Positions 19,178 through 29,667 of a stretch of 64,000 nt of DNA are shown here, piece by piece; positions within the stretch are counted from its first letter, which is position 1, and every line of letters begins with the position of its first letter. Below the pieces are notes generated by a model. The model made no database searches. It was not told the DNA's origin and saw only the letters and a program-made list of their open reading frames with translations. The position numbers and the translations under genes were made by a program. The stretch lies in contig JAVYVS010000001.1 of NCBI GenBank assembly GCA_038727515.1, positions 192,001-256,000 on the forward strand. The letters run 5' to 3'. This DNA comes from Candidatus Methanomethylicia archaeon. GTDB taxonomy: Archaea > Thermoproteota > Methanomethylicia > Culexarchaeales > Culexarchaeaceae.

Positions 19178-19888
19178 ATGGCCACCACAAAACTAATCCC
19201 CCTCACCATACCAGAACTAAACAAAGCCTTTGGAGGTGGAATACCAATCCCCAGCCTAATATCCATAGAAGGAGACCATGGAAGCGGAAAAACAGTAATC
19301 TCACAACACATACTCTACAGCATGGTGAAAAACGGGATAGAAGCCATAGTAATAACAACAGAAACCACAACAAAGGAATATGTAAAAATGATGCAAACAA
19401 TAAAACTAGATGTAACCAGGGAATACATAAAAGGCAAACTAAAAGTATACTCACTACACATAAGAGAAGGAGCCTGGAGCAAAGAACTAGCACCATACTT
19501 CCTACAAGCCCTAACAAGATTCCTAGAATCAAAAAACACATATGACAAATGCATACTAATAGACGACCTAAGCAACCTAGCACTAAACGTAGACAACATA
19601 AAACTATTAACCTTCATCACAAGAATAAGAAACCTAATCACCACAGGAAAAACCGTAATACTCACCTTCCACCCAAACTTCATAGACCAAGAAATAACAA
19701 GAGTAGTAAAAGCATCCAGCGAAATATACCTAACACTAGAAAGCAAAGTAGTAGGAGGACTCTCCATAAAAACCCTAAAAATAATAAAACTGTGGGGAAG
19801 CAAAGGGGAAAGAACACCCATAATAAACCTAGAAATAAACCCCACACTGGGATTAAGAGTCCTACCCATAGGAGAAGTATCCATATGA
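19178..19888 (+). CDS. arlH: Archaellum KaiC/RecA-like ATPase ArlH
   Basis: FGGGIP, GDHGSGKT, ITTE, IDDLS, TFHP, GLRVLP. Confidence 0.92.
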   Translation: MATTKLIPLTIPELNKAFGGGIPIPSLISIEGDHGSGKTVISQHILYSMVKNGIEAIVITTETTTKEYVKMMQTIKLDVTREYIKGKLKVYSLHIREGAWSKELAPYFLQALTRFLESKNTYDKCILIDDLSNLALNVDNIKLLTFITRIRNLITTGKTVILTFHPNFIDQEITRVVKASSEIYLTLESKVVGGLSIKTLKIIKLWGSKGERTPIINLEINPTLGLRVLPIGEVSI

Positions 19889-21537
19889 AGATAACCCAAA
19901 TCATAAAAACCACAAGAAAAAGAGAACAAGAGAAAAACATAGAAGTAAAAACACCATTAGACACGAAAATACCAGAAAAAATGGAAGACGCCATAAGAGA
20001 AAACCCACACCTAGAAGAATACCTAAAAAAACTAGGATCAAAACCAATCTACACACTAAAAATAGACCCCATAAAAACCATGGATAAAGAGATAATAATA
20101 CCACTACCACAAAGAATATTCATACACATAAACCCAGAGAAAAGAACCTACAAAATAATAGAACCAGAAAAACCATCACCAGAAATCATGGAGAAAATAG
20201 AGACAGCACTAGCCAGGATAATAGCGGAAAAAGACATACAAGTAACCACAGAAAACAAGATAAAAATAATAATGGAACTCCTCCCACAAGCCATAAGAAA
20301 AGCAAAAATAAAGGTAGACAAGAGAAGAGAAGAAGAACTATTATACCACATGCTAAGAGAAAAAGTTGGATACGGATTCCTAGACCCCTTCCTACTAGAC
20401 GAAAACCTAGAAGATATAAGCATACCAGGAGCAGGAAACATCTTCGTATACCATAGAGCATATGGATACCTAGAATCAAACATACACGTAGAAAAAAGCG
20501 AGATAGATAGAGTACTAAGAAGCATGGCTGAAAGACATGGAAAAATAATAAGCCACGTAAACCCAATACTAGACATACACCTACCAGATGGAAGCCGACT
20601 AAACATAGTATTCGGAGAAGACATAAGCCTACATGGAAGCAACTTCACCATAAGAAAATTCGCAAAAGAACCACTATCCATCGCACAACTAGTAAGGGGA
20701 AACACACTCACAGCAGAAATGGCAGCATACATGTGGATGCTAATAGAAGTCGGAGTATCCATGTTCATATGCGGAGAAACAGCCTCTGGAAAAACCACAA
20801 CCCTAAACGCACTACTATCCTTCATACCCTACTACAACAAAGTGGTAAGCATAGAAGAAACACCAGAAGTAAGACTACCACACAAAAACTGGGTTAGAGA
20901 AGTAACGAGACTACACACTGGAAGCCCAGTAACCATGTTCGACCTAGTAAAAGCAGCCCTAAGACAGAGACCAGACTACATAATAGTAGGAGAAATAAGA
21001 GGAGAAGAAGGGAGAATAGCCTTCCAAGCCATAAACACCGGACACCCCGTAGTCTCCACATTCCACGCAGGAACACTAACACAACTATTCCAAAGATTAA
21101 CCTCAGACCCAATAAACGTACCAAAATCACAAATAGACGGATTAAACATAACCATATTCCAAGCAAGAATAGAGAGAAATGGGAAATTCATAAGGAGAGT
21201 AACCACAGTAAACGAAATACTGGGATACAATGTAAAAACCGGAAACCTCATGTACATCCCCACATACATATACGACCCAGACGCAGACAAGCTAAGCAGC
21301 ACCGGAATAAGCTACCTACTAGAATCAAAAGTTCTACCAGCAAGAGGATGGAGCAGAGAACAACTACCAAAACTATACGAAGAACTATCAAAAAGAGCAG
21401 AAATAATAAGATGGCACAGCCAAAATGCGCCAAGATACCTAGACCTCTGGAAAACTGTAATCGAAGTAAACACCCTAGGCGTAGACCAAGTATATGAGAG
21501 AATCATGAGAGGCGAAAAACCATGGAGAGAAGACTAA
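19885..21537 (+). CDS. arlI: Archaellum motor ATPase ArlI
   Basis: NPHLEEYL, LEDIS, GETASGKTT, RQRPDYIIVGEIRG, TGH..STFHA. The ATG at 19885 overlaps the arlH stop (ATGA). Confidence 0.95.
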   Translation: MKITQIIKTTRKREQEKNIEVKTPLDTKIPEKMEDAIRENPHLEEYLKKLGSKPIYTLKIDPIKTMDKEIIIPLPQRIFIHINPEKRTYKIIEPEKPSPEIMEKIETALARIIAEKDIQVTTENKIKIIMELLPQAIRKAKIKVDKRREEELLYHMLREKVGYGFLDPFLLDENLEDISIPGAGNIFVYHRAYGYLESNIHVEKSEIDRVLRSMAERHGKIISHVNPILDIHLPDGSRLNIVFGEDISLHGSNFTIRKFAKEPLSIAQLVRGNTLTAEMAAYMWMLIEVGVSMFICGETASGKTTTLNALLSFIPYYNKVVSIEETPEVRLPHKNWVREVTRLHTGSPVTMFDLVKAALRQRPDYIIVGEIRGEEGRIAFQAINTGHPVVSTFHAGTLTQLFQRLTSDPINVPKSQIDGLNITIFQARIERNGKFIRRVTTVNEILGYNVKTGNLMYIPTYIYDPDADKLSSTGISYLLESKVLPARGWSREQLPKLYEELSKRAEIIRWHSQNAPRYLDLWKTVIEVNTLGVDQVYERIMRGEKPWRED

Positions 21538-23072
21538 CCACAATCATACTAATAGCATCAATAACCCCAATCATAATACTAATACACTATGGAAACCAGC
21601 TACTCACAGTAATCTACACAATCATACCAGCATCTATAGCAACCATAACAATAATAAACAGAATGAGTAAAAACATTGGGAAAATGGATATAAAACTTGC
21701 ACTAGCCATCACACACATGTACACACTATCACTAGGACAAACAGAACCAAGAACACTAATAGAATGCATATCACAATCAGATGAATACAAGGAGTATAGG
21801 AAAATCTTCAACACCATACTAAACCTAGCAATAAACCTAGCACAAGGATTAACAAAAGCCATCTCACAAGTAGCAGAAATGGTGAAACCACCATTAAAGG
21901 ATATATTGATAAGAATGGTGGAAGCCTTCTCCACCACAAAACCAAGAGACTACCTAGAACTGGAACACTCAACCATCATGGAAGAATACATGAGCTACCT
22001 AAACAGGACAATAGAAACCATAAGGCTACTTGGAGGAGTATATGGAACCTTCCAAAGCGTAGCCATCCTAATAATCTTAGTAACCATAACCATGAGCATA
22101 TTCCTCATAGACCCACAAACCATAATCCTCTCCTACATAGTATCAGCAACATCCACAATAGTAATACTACTAGCAATAAAACTAGTAACGCCAAGGGACA
22201 TCATGGTATACGCAGGAAAAGACTCCCCACCACACCAAACAGTTAGATATGCAGCCATAATACTAATTCCAACATCAATAATAATATTCATCACAATACA
22301 ATTAACAATAAAAATATCGGCAATAGCCTTCATATCAAGTGGATTAACCATCGCCATAACCGGATACATAGCTAGAAAACTAGAAAAGAAAGTGGCAAAA
22401 TACGATGAATACTATCCCACACTAATAAAAACAATAGGGGAAAACCTCTCAACAACACTAAACCCAAAAAGCGCATTAATATACTCAACACACGTACACC
22501 TAGGCCCACTAAAGAAACACGTTGAACACACCATAAGCTGGATAAACCTAGGATTAGACATAGAAAAATCCTTTAAACTCATGGCAGAAGAAACAGCCTC
22601 CCACACCATAAGAATAATGAATAAAATGCTCATAGACAGCATAAGAGTAGGAGCACCACCAATACAAGTAACAAAAACCATAGCAGACACAACCATAAAA
22701 ATCCTAGAAACAAGAAAGAGGAGAATAGCGACAGCAAGAGGAATGGAAGCCATAATACTAATGATGCACCCCATAACCATCCTAATACTAGCATCCATAA
22801 CCAACATACTAGATAAATTCACAAGACTAATCCCACCCACACAATACATAACACTAAACCCAATACCCACAAACATGATCAACCTTGGAAACATCATACT
22901 AATCTACACACTATCCATAATCAACGCTGCAACCATGACCATAGTTAGAGGAGGCTACCAATGGAGGATAACCCTAAACATAGCCATACTACTAATAATA
23001 AGCGGAATAATGCTCATAGCCTCAGACATAATCACCAACCGCCTACTACCCCCAATAACAATACCAATCTAA
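21522..23072 (+). CDS. arlJ: Archaellum membrane platform protein ArlJ
   Basis: Polytopic, two T2SSF-like cytoplasmic domains; follows arlI. Confidence 0.88.
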   Translation: MERRLTTIILIASITPIIILIHYGNQLLTVIYTIIPASIATITIINRMSKNIGKMDIKLALAITHMYTLSLGQTEPRTLIECISQSDEYKEYRKIFNTILNLAINLAQGLTKAISQVAEMVKPPLKDILIRMVEAFSTTKPRDYLELEHSTIMEEYMSYLNRTIETIRLLGGVYGTFQSVAILIILVTITMSIFLIDPQTIILSYIVSATSTIVILLAIKLVTPRDIMVYAGKDSPPHQTVRYAAIILIPTSIIIFITIQLTIKISAIAFISSGLTIAITGYIARKLEKKVAKYDEYYPTLIKTIGENLSTTLNPKSALIYSTHVHLGPLKKHVEHTISWINLGLDIEKSFKLMAEETASHTIRIMNKMLIDSIRVGAPPIQVTKTIADTTIKILETRKRRIATARGMEAIILMMHPITILILASITNILDKFTRLIPPTQYITLNPIPTNMINLGNIILIYTLSIINAATMTIVRGGYQWRITLNIAILLIISGIMLIASDIITNRLLPPITIPI

Positions 23073-23166
23073 AGGTGATGAAAAATGTTAAAAATAAAAC
23101 TAGACATAAATATTAAAGAACGTTAAAACGAGTTGCCTCCATAAACAACATATGGGGGCATTCAAC

Positions 23167-23475
23167 ATGTCCACAGACAGAATAAAAAACTTCATGAAAA
23201 GAAGAGACAGAATAACAATATACATAAGCATCCTAGAATCAATAATGGAATGCTCCTCAAAAAACGCAACTGGATACGCAAAATTCACACATGTAATGTA
23301 TAGATCAAACCTATCCTCACAAAGACTAAAAGAAAGACTACAAGAACTCTCATACCTAGACCTAATAACATGGGACAACCTAGGAATAAAACTAACACAC
23401 AAAGGAAAAAACTTCCTAGAAGAATACAAAAACCTAATGATAAAAATAGAGAAATACATAAAAATGAGAGATTAA
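23167..23475 (+). CDS. Winged-helix DNA-binding protein (COG3432/HTH_45-like)
   Basis: KRRDRITIYISIL..THVMYRSNLS..LTHKGKNFL. Confidence 0.8.
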   Translation: MSTDRIKNFMKRRDRITIYISILESIMECSSKNATGYAKFTHVMYRSNLSSQRLKERLQELSYLDLITWDNLGIKLTHKGKNFLEEYKNLMIKIEKYIKMRD

Positions 23476-23597
23476 ATCAAACAACCACAACCCCCAAATC
23501 ATATACACAATTAAACACTGAAAAACAAGTTAACCCCACAAAACACACCTAAAATTACACCACAAGAAATATATGTATTGAAAGAGATAGCAAAACC

Positions 23598-24299
23598 ATG
23601 AAATACATGAATAAGAAAATAACGGTTCTATCCATATTCATAATAATATTTCTAACGGCGACAACAGCAAACACATGGACAAAACCAAGCGAACAACTAT
23701 TAGTGATTGAATGGTCCCTGGAAAAAACAGGTCAAACCACGGGCAATAGCATACCCCCAGAAGACAATTCCATGACCAACACAAACTATAAACTATTAAA
23801 CTTCTACTGGCATACAACACCAATAAAATACTATGTAAACCCCTCAAACAAATATGGCTTCACAGCCAACCAAGTTGTAAACATAATCATAGCAGCAGCC
23901 AACACCTGGGACAACCAAACCAGTACAACACTCTTCCAATACATGGGCACAACAACAAAAACTGCTGGGAAGAGGGATGGAATCAACGTAATCTCATGGG
24001 GAGCATACAAAACCGGCGTAATAGCAGTCACATACATATGGTATATTGGAGACACCATAATTGAAACAGACACCAAACTAAACACCTACTATAAATGGAG
24101 TTTAAACGGTGAACCTGGAAAAATGGATCTACAAAACATAATGACACACGAATTCGGACACTGGTGTGGACTAGACGACCTATACACAGACCAAGACTAC
24201 TGGTTAACCATGTATGGATACACAGCCCCAGGCGAAACCTATAAACGCAGCCTTGGACTAGGAGACATACTAGGACTACAGGAAAGGTATGGACCTTGA
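23598..24299 (+). CDS. Secreted matrixin (M10-like) zinc metalloprotease
   Basis: Signal peptide, DGINVISWG, HEFGHWCGLDD, LTMYGY Met-turn, LGLGDILG. Confidence 0.87.
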   Translation: MKYMNKKITVLSIFIIIFLTATTANTWTKPSEQLLVIEWSLEKTGQTTGNSIPPEDNSMTNTNYKLLNFYWHTTPIKYYVNPSNKYGFTANQVVNIIIAAANTWDNQTSTTLFQYMGTTTKTAGKRDGINVISWGAYKTGVIAVTYIWYIGDTIIETDTKLNTYYKWSLNGEPGKMDLQNIMTHEFGHWCGLDDLYTDQDYWLTMYGYTAPGETYKRSLGLGDILGLQERYGP

Positions 24300-24436
24300 A
24301 AAACAAATTTAAATGCCCAATATGCGGAGAAAACTTCAACCAAATAGGGGAACTAGACAAACACCTCCAAGAAAAACATAAAAGAAGGGTTAAACTGAAA
24401 AAGATGGAACACCCAGAGAAAACCATGAAAACATAA
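24296..24436 (+). CDS. Small C2H2 zinc-finger protein (46 aa, not in ORF track)
   Basis: TTG start overlapping the upstream stop; MKNKFKCPICGENFNQIGELDKHLQEKH.. matches F-x-C-x2-C-x3-F-x5-L-x2-H-x4-H. Confidence 0.75.
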   Translation: MKNKFKCPICGENFNQIGELDKHLQEKHKRRVKLKKMEHPEKTMKT

Positions 24437-24476
24437 ACCAATATATACCTTAATAAACATAATGTTTTAACGGTGA

Positions 24477-25409
24477 ATGAAAACGACCCTACACTTCATA
24501 GATCCAAACAAAATCCACTATAAATGGGATAACAGCCTTAAACCAGCCCTAAAAATAAAACCCGGCGACAGAGTAGTATTCGAACTCAGAGACGTCTCAG
24601 ACAATCAGATAACACCAAACTCCACAGTAGAAGACCTAATCAAACTAGATTGGAATAGGGTATACCCACTCTCAGGACCCATATACATAGAAGGAGCAGA
24701 ACCAGGAGACGCACTAATAGTAAACGTTATAGACATTAAATGTAAAGGTTGGGGCTGGAGCGCCATAATCCCAGGATACGGCCTACTAGAAGAATTCGAT
24801 AAACCATACCTATACATCTGGGATCTAAGCGAAGGAACCTACACCACACTAAACAATAAAGCCTACATACCCCTAAACCCCTTCCCAGGAGTAATGGGAG
24901 TAGCACCAGCAAAACCAGGCCAACACCCAATCATGCCACCAGGACCCCACGGAGGAAACATGGACATAAGAAACCTAACCATAGGCTCCACACTAAAACT
25001 CCCAGTACAAGTGGAGGGAGCACTATTCTCCTGTGGAGACGGCCACGCAGCACAAGGAGATGGAGAAGTATGCGTAACAGCCATAGAAGCACCACTATAC
25101 CTAGTCCTAGAATTCAACCTAGAGAAAAACGCTGAACTAGAATACCCCCAAATAACCACATACATAGAACCAGAATTAGAAGCAGGAGAATACCATGTAA
25201 CCATGGGAATAAGCCCAAACCTAATGGAAGCAGCAAAAACCGCTGTTAGACAAATGATCAAACACCTAACCAGAAAATATGGATTCACAAGAGAAGAAGC
25301 CTACATACTAACAAGCATAACATGCCACCTAAAAATAAGTGAAATAGTGGATAAACCAAACTGGATAGTCACATGCCACCTACCACTACAAATACTCATA
25401 GAAACATAA
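24477..25409 (+). CDS. Acetamidase/formamidase family protein
   Basis: PLSGPIYIEGAEPGD, PFPGVMGV, HGGNMD, GDGHAAQGDGEVCVTAIE. Confidence 0.93.
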   Translation: MKTTLHFIDPNKIHYKWDNSLKPALKIKPGDRVVFELRDVSDNQITPNSTVEDLIKLDWNRVYPLSGPIYIEGAEPGDALIVNVIDIKCKGWGWSAIIPGYGLLEEFDKPYLYIWDLSEGTYTTLNNKAYIPLNPFPGVMGVAPAKPGQHPIMPPGPHGGNMDIRNLTIGSTLKLPVQVEGALFSCGDGHAAQGDGEVCVTAIEAPLYLVLEFNLEKNAELEYPQITTYIEPELEAGEYHVTMGISPNLMEAAKTAVRQMIKHLTRKYGFTREEAYILTSITCHLKISEIVDKPNWIVTCHLPLQILIET

Positions 25410-25448
25410 ATAACAATGGGTAAACATAAACTATAATGGTGAACCCCA

Positions 25449-26129
25449 ATGGAAATATTAAAGGGGGAATTAACAGAGAAAGAAATAAAAATCCTATACC
25501 TAGGATACTCAGCAATAATACTTAGAACTAGAAATCACACATTAATCTTCGACCCAGCAAACCTAATTGGGAAAAGAGAAATAGAAGAATTAAAAAATGC
25601 AAGAAACCTAATAACACTATACACCCACGACCACTACGACCATTACGATGAAAAAACACTAAAAGAAATATACAATCAAACACAATGCCCAATAATAATT
25701 GAACCAGCAATGACCATGAAAACAAGCATGATAATACCAAGAGAAAAAATATATCCAGCACAACCAGGAAAAACCATAGAAATCTACGGAGCAAAAATAA
25801 ATGGAATTAAAGGTCTACATAGAGGACCAATAACACTATACCACATAGAAGTAGACAACCTAAAAATATTCCATGGAGGAGACTCAGCATACGTAAAACT
25901 AGAAGGATACAAAGCAGACATAGCCATAACACCCACAGGAGACCCCTCACCCACAGCAAACCCAAAAGACGCATACAACATGATAAAAGACCTAAAACCA
26001 AAAATAGCAATACCCATACATGGATCAACAACACAACACAATGAATTCAAAAAACTAGTGGAAAAGGACATGCCAGAAATAAAAGTGGAATTAATAGAGA
26101 AGGGGAAAACATACACCATAAAAACATAA
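25449..26129 (+). CDS. MBL-fold metal-dependent hydrolase (UPF0173/UlaG-like)
   Basis: THDHYDH, FHGGDS, AIPIHG. Confidence 0.85.
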   Translation: MEILKGELTEKEIKILYLGYSAIILRTRNHTLIFDPANLIGKREIEELKNARNLITLYTHDHYDHYDEKTLKEIYNQTQCPIIIEPAMTMKTSMIIPREKIYPAQPGKTIEIYGAKINGIKGLHRGPITLYHIEVDNLKIFHGGDSAYVKLEGYKADIAITPTGDPSPTANPKDAYNMIKDLKPKIAIPIHGSTTQHNEFKKLVEKDMPEIKVELIEKGKTYTIKT

Positions 26130-26144
26130 TGAAGGGGGATAAAC

Positions 26145-26480
26145 ATGCAGAAACCAACAATAACCATAGAAGAATTCAATAAACTAGACATAAGAGTATG
26201 TAGAGTAATAGAAGCAGAAAGAATACCTGGAAAACAAAAACTACTAAAACTATTGGTAGACCTAGGACCACTAGGAACAAGAACAATAATAGCTGGAGGA
26301 GGAGAACACTACAACCCAGAAGACTACAAGGGAAAACTATTCATAGCCATAATAAATCTACAACCAAAAACCATAGCTGGAATAAAAAGCGAAGGAATGC
26401 TACTAGCAGCAGACCAAAATGGAAAACCAATATGGCTAACAACCATAAGTGAAACACCACCAGGAACCATAATAAGATAA
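26145..26480 (+). CDS. tRNA-binding OB-fold protein (Trbp111/CsaA/MetRS C-terminal-like)
   Basis: FNKLDIRV, KLLKLLVDLG, NLQPKTIAGIKSEGMLLAA. Confidence 0.9.
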   Translation: MQKPTITIEEFNKLDIRVCRVIEAERIPGKQKLLKLLVDLGPLGTRTIIAGGGEHYNPEDYKGKLFIAIINLQPKTIAGIKSEGMLLAADQNGKPIWLTTISETPPGTIIR

Positions 26481-26497
26481 ACTAAGAGGGAAACCAT

Positions 26498-27361
26498 ATG
26501 GAGATAAAAACCATTGGAGTAATCGGAGCAGGAACCATGGGAAGAGGAATAGCACAAATCTTCGCAGAAAACAAATTCCAAGTATTAATATACGATGTAA
26601 ACCCACAAGCATGCATAGAAGCCATAAACACCATTAAAAAACTATTGGATAGAGCAATAGAGAAAAAGGCTAAAACACCAATAGAAGCAGAAGAAACACT
26701 GAAGAGAATAAGGATATGCAATGAAATAAGAGAAGTAGCGGAAAACTCAGATCTAATAATAGAAGCAGTATACGAAGACATAAACGTGAAAAAAGAAGTT
26801 TTCAGAGAAATAGATAAATACGCAAAACCCAACGCCATAATAGCCTCCAACACATCATCCCTAAGCATAACAGAAATAGCCAACACCACAAAAAACCCAG
26901 CCAGAATACTTGGAATACACTTCTTCAACCCACCACAAATAATGAAGCTAGTGGAAATAGTAAAGGGAGAGAAAACATCCAATGAAACCATTGAAAAAGC
27001 CAAGAAGATAATTGAAGGCATAGGGAAAATACCAGTAGAAGTAATAGATTCACCAGGATTCATAGTAAACAGACTCCTAATACCATTCATAAATGAAGCA
27101 ATAGAACTAGTAGCACAAGGAATAGCAACACCCCACAACATAGATACAGCATGCAAACTAGGATTAAACCACCCCATGGGACCACTAGAACTAGCAGACT
27201 TCATAGGATTAGACATAGTACTAGCCATAATGGAAACCCTACACAATGAAACCAGAGACCCCAAATACCGACCAAGCCCACTACTAAAAAGAATGGTGAG
27301 AGCAGGATTACTCGGCAGAAAAACTGGAAAAGGATTCTATGATTACGGTGAGAAAAAATGA
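26498..27361 (+). CDS. hbd: 3-hydroxybutyryl-CoA (3-hydroxyacyl-CoA) dehydrogenase
   Basis: [48 protein letters not shown]. Confidence 0.94.
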   Translation: MEIKTIGVIGAGTMGRGIAQIFAENKFQVLIYDVNPQACIEAINTIKKLLDRAIEKKAKTPIEAEETLKRIRICNEIREVAENSDLIIEAVYEDINVKKEVFREIDKYAKPNAIIASNTSSLSITEIANTTKNPARILGIHFFNPPQIMKLVEIVKGEKTSNETIEKAKKIIEGIGKIPVEVIDSPGFIVNRLLIPFINEAIELVAQGIATPHNIDTACKLGLNHPMGPLELADFIGLDIVLAIMETLHNETRDPKYRPSPLLKRMVRAGLLGRKTGKGFYDYGEKK

Positions 27362-28125
27362 AGACAACCATCACCAAACAAGAGGGAATAACAAGAATAA
27401 AACTATCCAATCCACCATTAAACCTAATAGACAATGAAACACTAAATGAACTAGAACAACACATAAAAAAGATTGAAGAAGACAATGAAACAAGAATAGT
27501 AATAATCGAGGGAGAAGGAAAAACCTTCTCAGCAGGAGCAGACATAAAAACATTCATGGAAGCAAACCCAGAAAAAGCCTATGAAATCTCCATAAAAGGA
27601 CAAAGGATAATGGAAGCCATAAGAAAATCAGGAAAAATATACATCGCCAAAGTACATGGATACGCCCTAGGAGGAGGATTAGAACTAGCATTAGCATGCC
27701 ACATAACCATAACATCAAAAACAGCGAAACTAGGATTACCAGAAACAACACTGGGATTAATACCAGGATGGACGGGAACACAAATCCTACCAAAACTAAT
27801 AGGAGAGAAAAAAGCCATAGAACTAATATTAACGGGAAACCAAATCACAGGAGAAGAAGCTGAAAAAATCGGATTAATAAACATAGCAGTAGAAGAAGAA
27901 AAACTAGAAGAGAAAACCATGGAAATAGCAAAAAGAATAATGGGAAATGCACCCATAGCAATCCAAAAAGCAAAAAAACTAGTAATAGAAGCAGAAGAAA
28001 AGAAATTAGAGGAAGGATTAAAAAGAGAAGCAGAAGAATTCAAGAAAATATTTGAAACAGAAGATTTAAGAGAAGGCTTAAAAGCCTTCAAAGAAAAGAG
28101 GAAACCAATATACAAAGGAAGATAA
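27358..28125 (+). CDS. Enoyl-CoA hydratase/crotonase
   Basis: [30 protein letters not shown]. Confidence 0.93.
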   Translation: MKTTITKQEGITRIKLSNPPLNLIDNETLNELEQHIKKIEEDNETRIVIIEGEGKTFSAGADIKTFMEANPEKAYEISIKGQRIMEAIRKSGKIYIAKVHGYALGGGLELALACHITITSKTAKLGLPETTLGLIPGWTGTQILPKLIGEKKAIELILTGNQITGEEAEKIGLINIAVEEEKLEEKTMEIAKRIMGNAPIAIQKAKKLVIEAEEKKLEEGLKREAEEFKKIFETEDLREGLKAFKEKRKPIYKGR

Positions 28126-28126
28126 A

Positions 28127-28828
28127 ATGGAAAAAGAAGTAATAGTTAAACTAGAAAACATACATAAAGCCTATAAAATTGGAGAAAACCTATACTGGGC
28201 ATTAAAAGGAATAAACCTAGAAATAAGAAGTGGAGAATTAATATCAATAATGGGACCATCAGGATCAGGGAAAACAACACTACTAAACATGATGGGACTA
28301 CTAGATAAACCAACCATGGGAAAAATAATACTGGAGGGAAGAGACGTAAGCAAACTAGACGATAAAGAACTAGCAAAAATAAGAAACCGAAAAATAGGAT
28401 TCATATTTCAACAATTCAACCTAATAAATAGATTAACAGTACAAGAAAACATTGAACTACCCCTAATAGCAAGAGGAACCCCAAAAAACTTAAGAGAGAA
28501 AATGGCTATAGAAGCACTATTAAAAGCTGGAGGAGAAGAATCATGGCTAAAGAAGAGGCCAAACCAACTCAGCGGAGGACAACAACAAAGAGTAGCCATA
28601 GCAAGAGCACTAGTAACAAACCCAAAAATCATATTAGCAGATGAACCCACAGGAAACCTAGACTCAAACTCAGCGAGAAAAGTAGTGGAAACACTAGTAA
28701 AACTAAACGAAATGGGCCAAACAATAATAATAGTAACACACAACATCGAAGTAGCCAACTCCACACAAAAAATCTACCTACTAAGAGATGGAAAAATAAT
28801 TGGAATAAGAAAACCAGGAGAAACATAA
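28127..28828 (+). CDS. ABC transporter ATP-binding protein (LolD/MacB family)
   Basis: GPSGSGKT, GFIFQQFNL, LSGGQQQRVAIARAL, ILADEPTGNLD, VTH. Confidence 0.95.
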   Translation: MEKEVIVKLENIHKAYKIGENLYWALKGINLEIRSGELISIMGPSGSGKTTLLNMMGLLDKPTMGKIILEGRDVSKLDDKELAKIRNRKIGFIFQQFNLINRLTVQENIELPLIARGTPKNLREKMAIEALLKAGGEESWLKKRPNQLSGGQQQRVAIARALVTNPKIILADEPTGNLDSNSARKVVETLVKLNEMGQTIIIVTHNIEVANSTQKIYLLRDGKIIGIRKPGET

Positions 28829-28876
28829 ATACAATCTACACTAGGTAAAAAAGATTTAAACATATGTAAATAAAAA

Positions 28877-29290
28877 CATAAAATAGGCTTACCATAGCCA
28901 ATGACAAGAGCCCCAGCCTTAATAGGAAGAGACCAAGTAAACGCCCTCAGCCCAATAGAAGAAGTCAATGCCAAAGGAGGAATAAGATCACTGGGAGGAG
29001 CAAGAATAAGACTCTTCGCAGGTGATGCAAAGGGAGACCCAAAAATGGGAGCAGCAGAAACAGAAAAACTAATAACAGAACTCAAAGTAATATACTAGTA
29101 GGCGCATACCAAAGCACTGTAACAGCCACATACAGTGAAACCGCTGAGAGATATGGCATACCCCTCATAAACCCAGACTCCACACCCAAGCCTCACAGAA
29201 AGAGGATTCAAATAGTTCTTCAGAGTTACACCACACAATGGAATACTAGTGAAAAACATGGTTGACTTCGTAAAAGACCTACAAACAAAA
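28877..29290 (+). pseudogene. Decayed fragment of a branched-chain amino-acid ABC substrate-binding protein (LivJ/K-like)
   Basis: KIGLP*PMT..EEVNAKGGIRSLGGA..DAKGDP..EKLI / VGAYQSTVT..AERYGIP / PSLTERGFK*FFRVTP: two in-frame TAG stops, two frameshifts, truncated at both ends. Confidence 0.85.
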
Positions 29291-29548
29291 ACTACCCCAA
29301 GAACTTAAAAGATATGGAATACTAACAAAATTCATTGAATACTCAATAACCATGATGAAACAAGAAGAAATAAAACTATTAGAAGAAAAGATAGAGAAGA
29401 GGAAAAAGGAGTTGGAAACAATAAAAACCCTTGAAGACCTACAAATATTCTAAAACTTAATGTACAAATAAATAAAAACCTAGCCTCACATTTTTCAATT
29501 TAGAAAATTATCCTATACTTCTTCAATCCACCGCAAACATGAAATTAA

Positions 29549-29603
29549 TGGAAACACTAGTAAAACTAAATGAAATAGGTCAAACAATAGTAATAGCAAC
29601 CCA
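29549..29603 (+). repeat. Degenerate direct copy of 28686-28740 (3' part of the ABC ATPase gene)
   Basis: 49 of 55 nt identical by manual alignment; first 22 nt exact (TGGAAACACTAGTAAAACTAAA). Confidence 0.85.
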
Positions 29604-29667
29604 AACAAGATAAATCATACGATTACCGAATATAGATAAATATATATGACGTGAAAACCTTGTATTT

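Noticed and set aside
19549-19884. 112-aa N-terminal extension of ArlI in the ORF track
   Set aside because: It overlaps arlH out of frame and results from stop scarcity on the T-poor strand. The real start is 19885.
28901-29098. 65-aa ORF as an intact small gene
   Set aside because: It is an internal piece of the LivK-like pseudogene.
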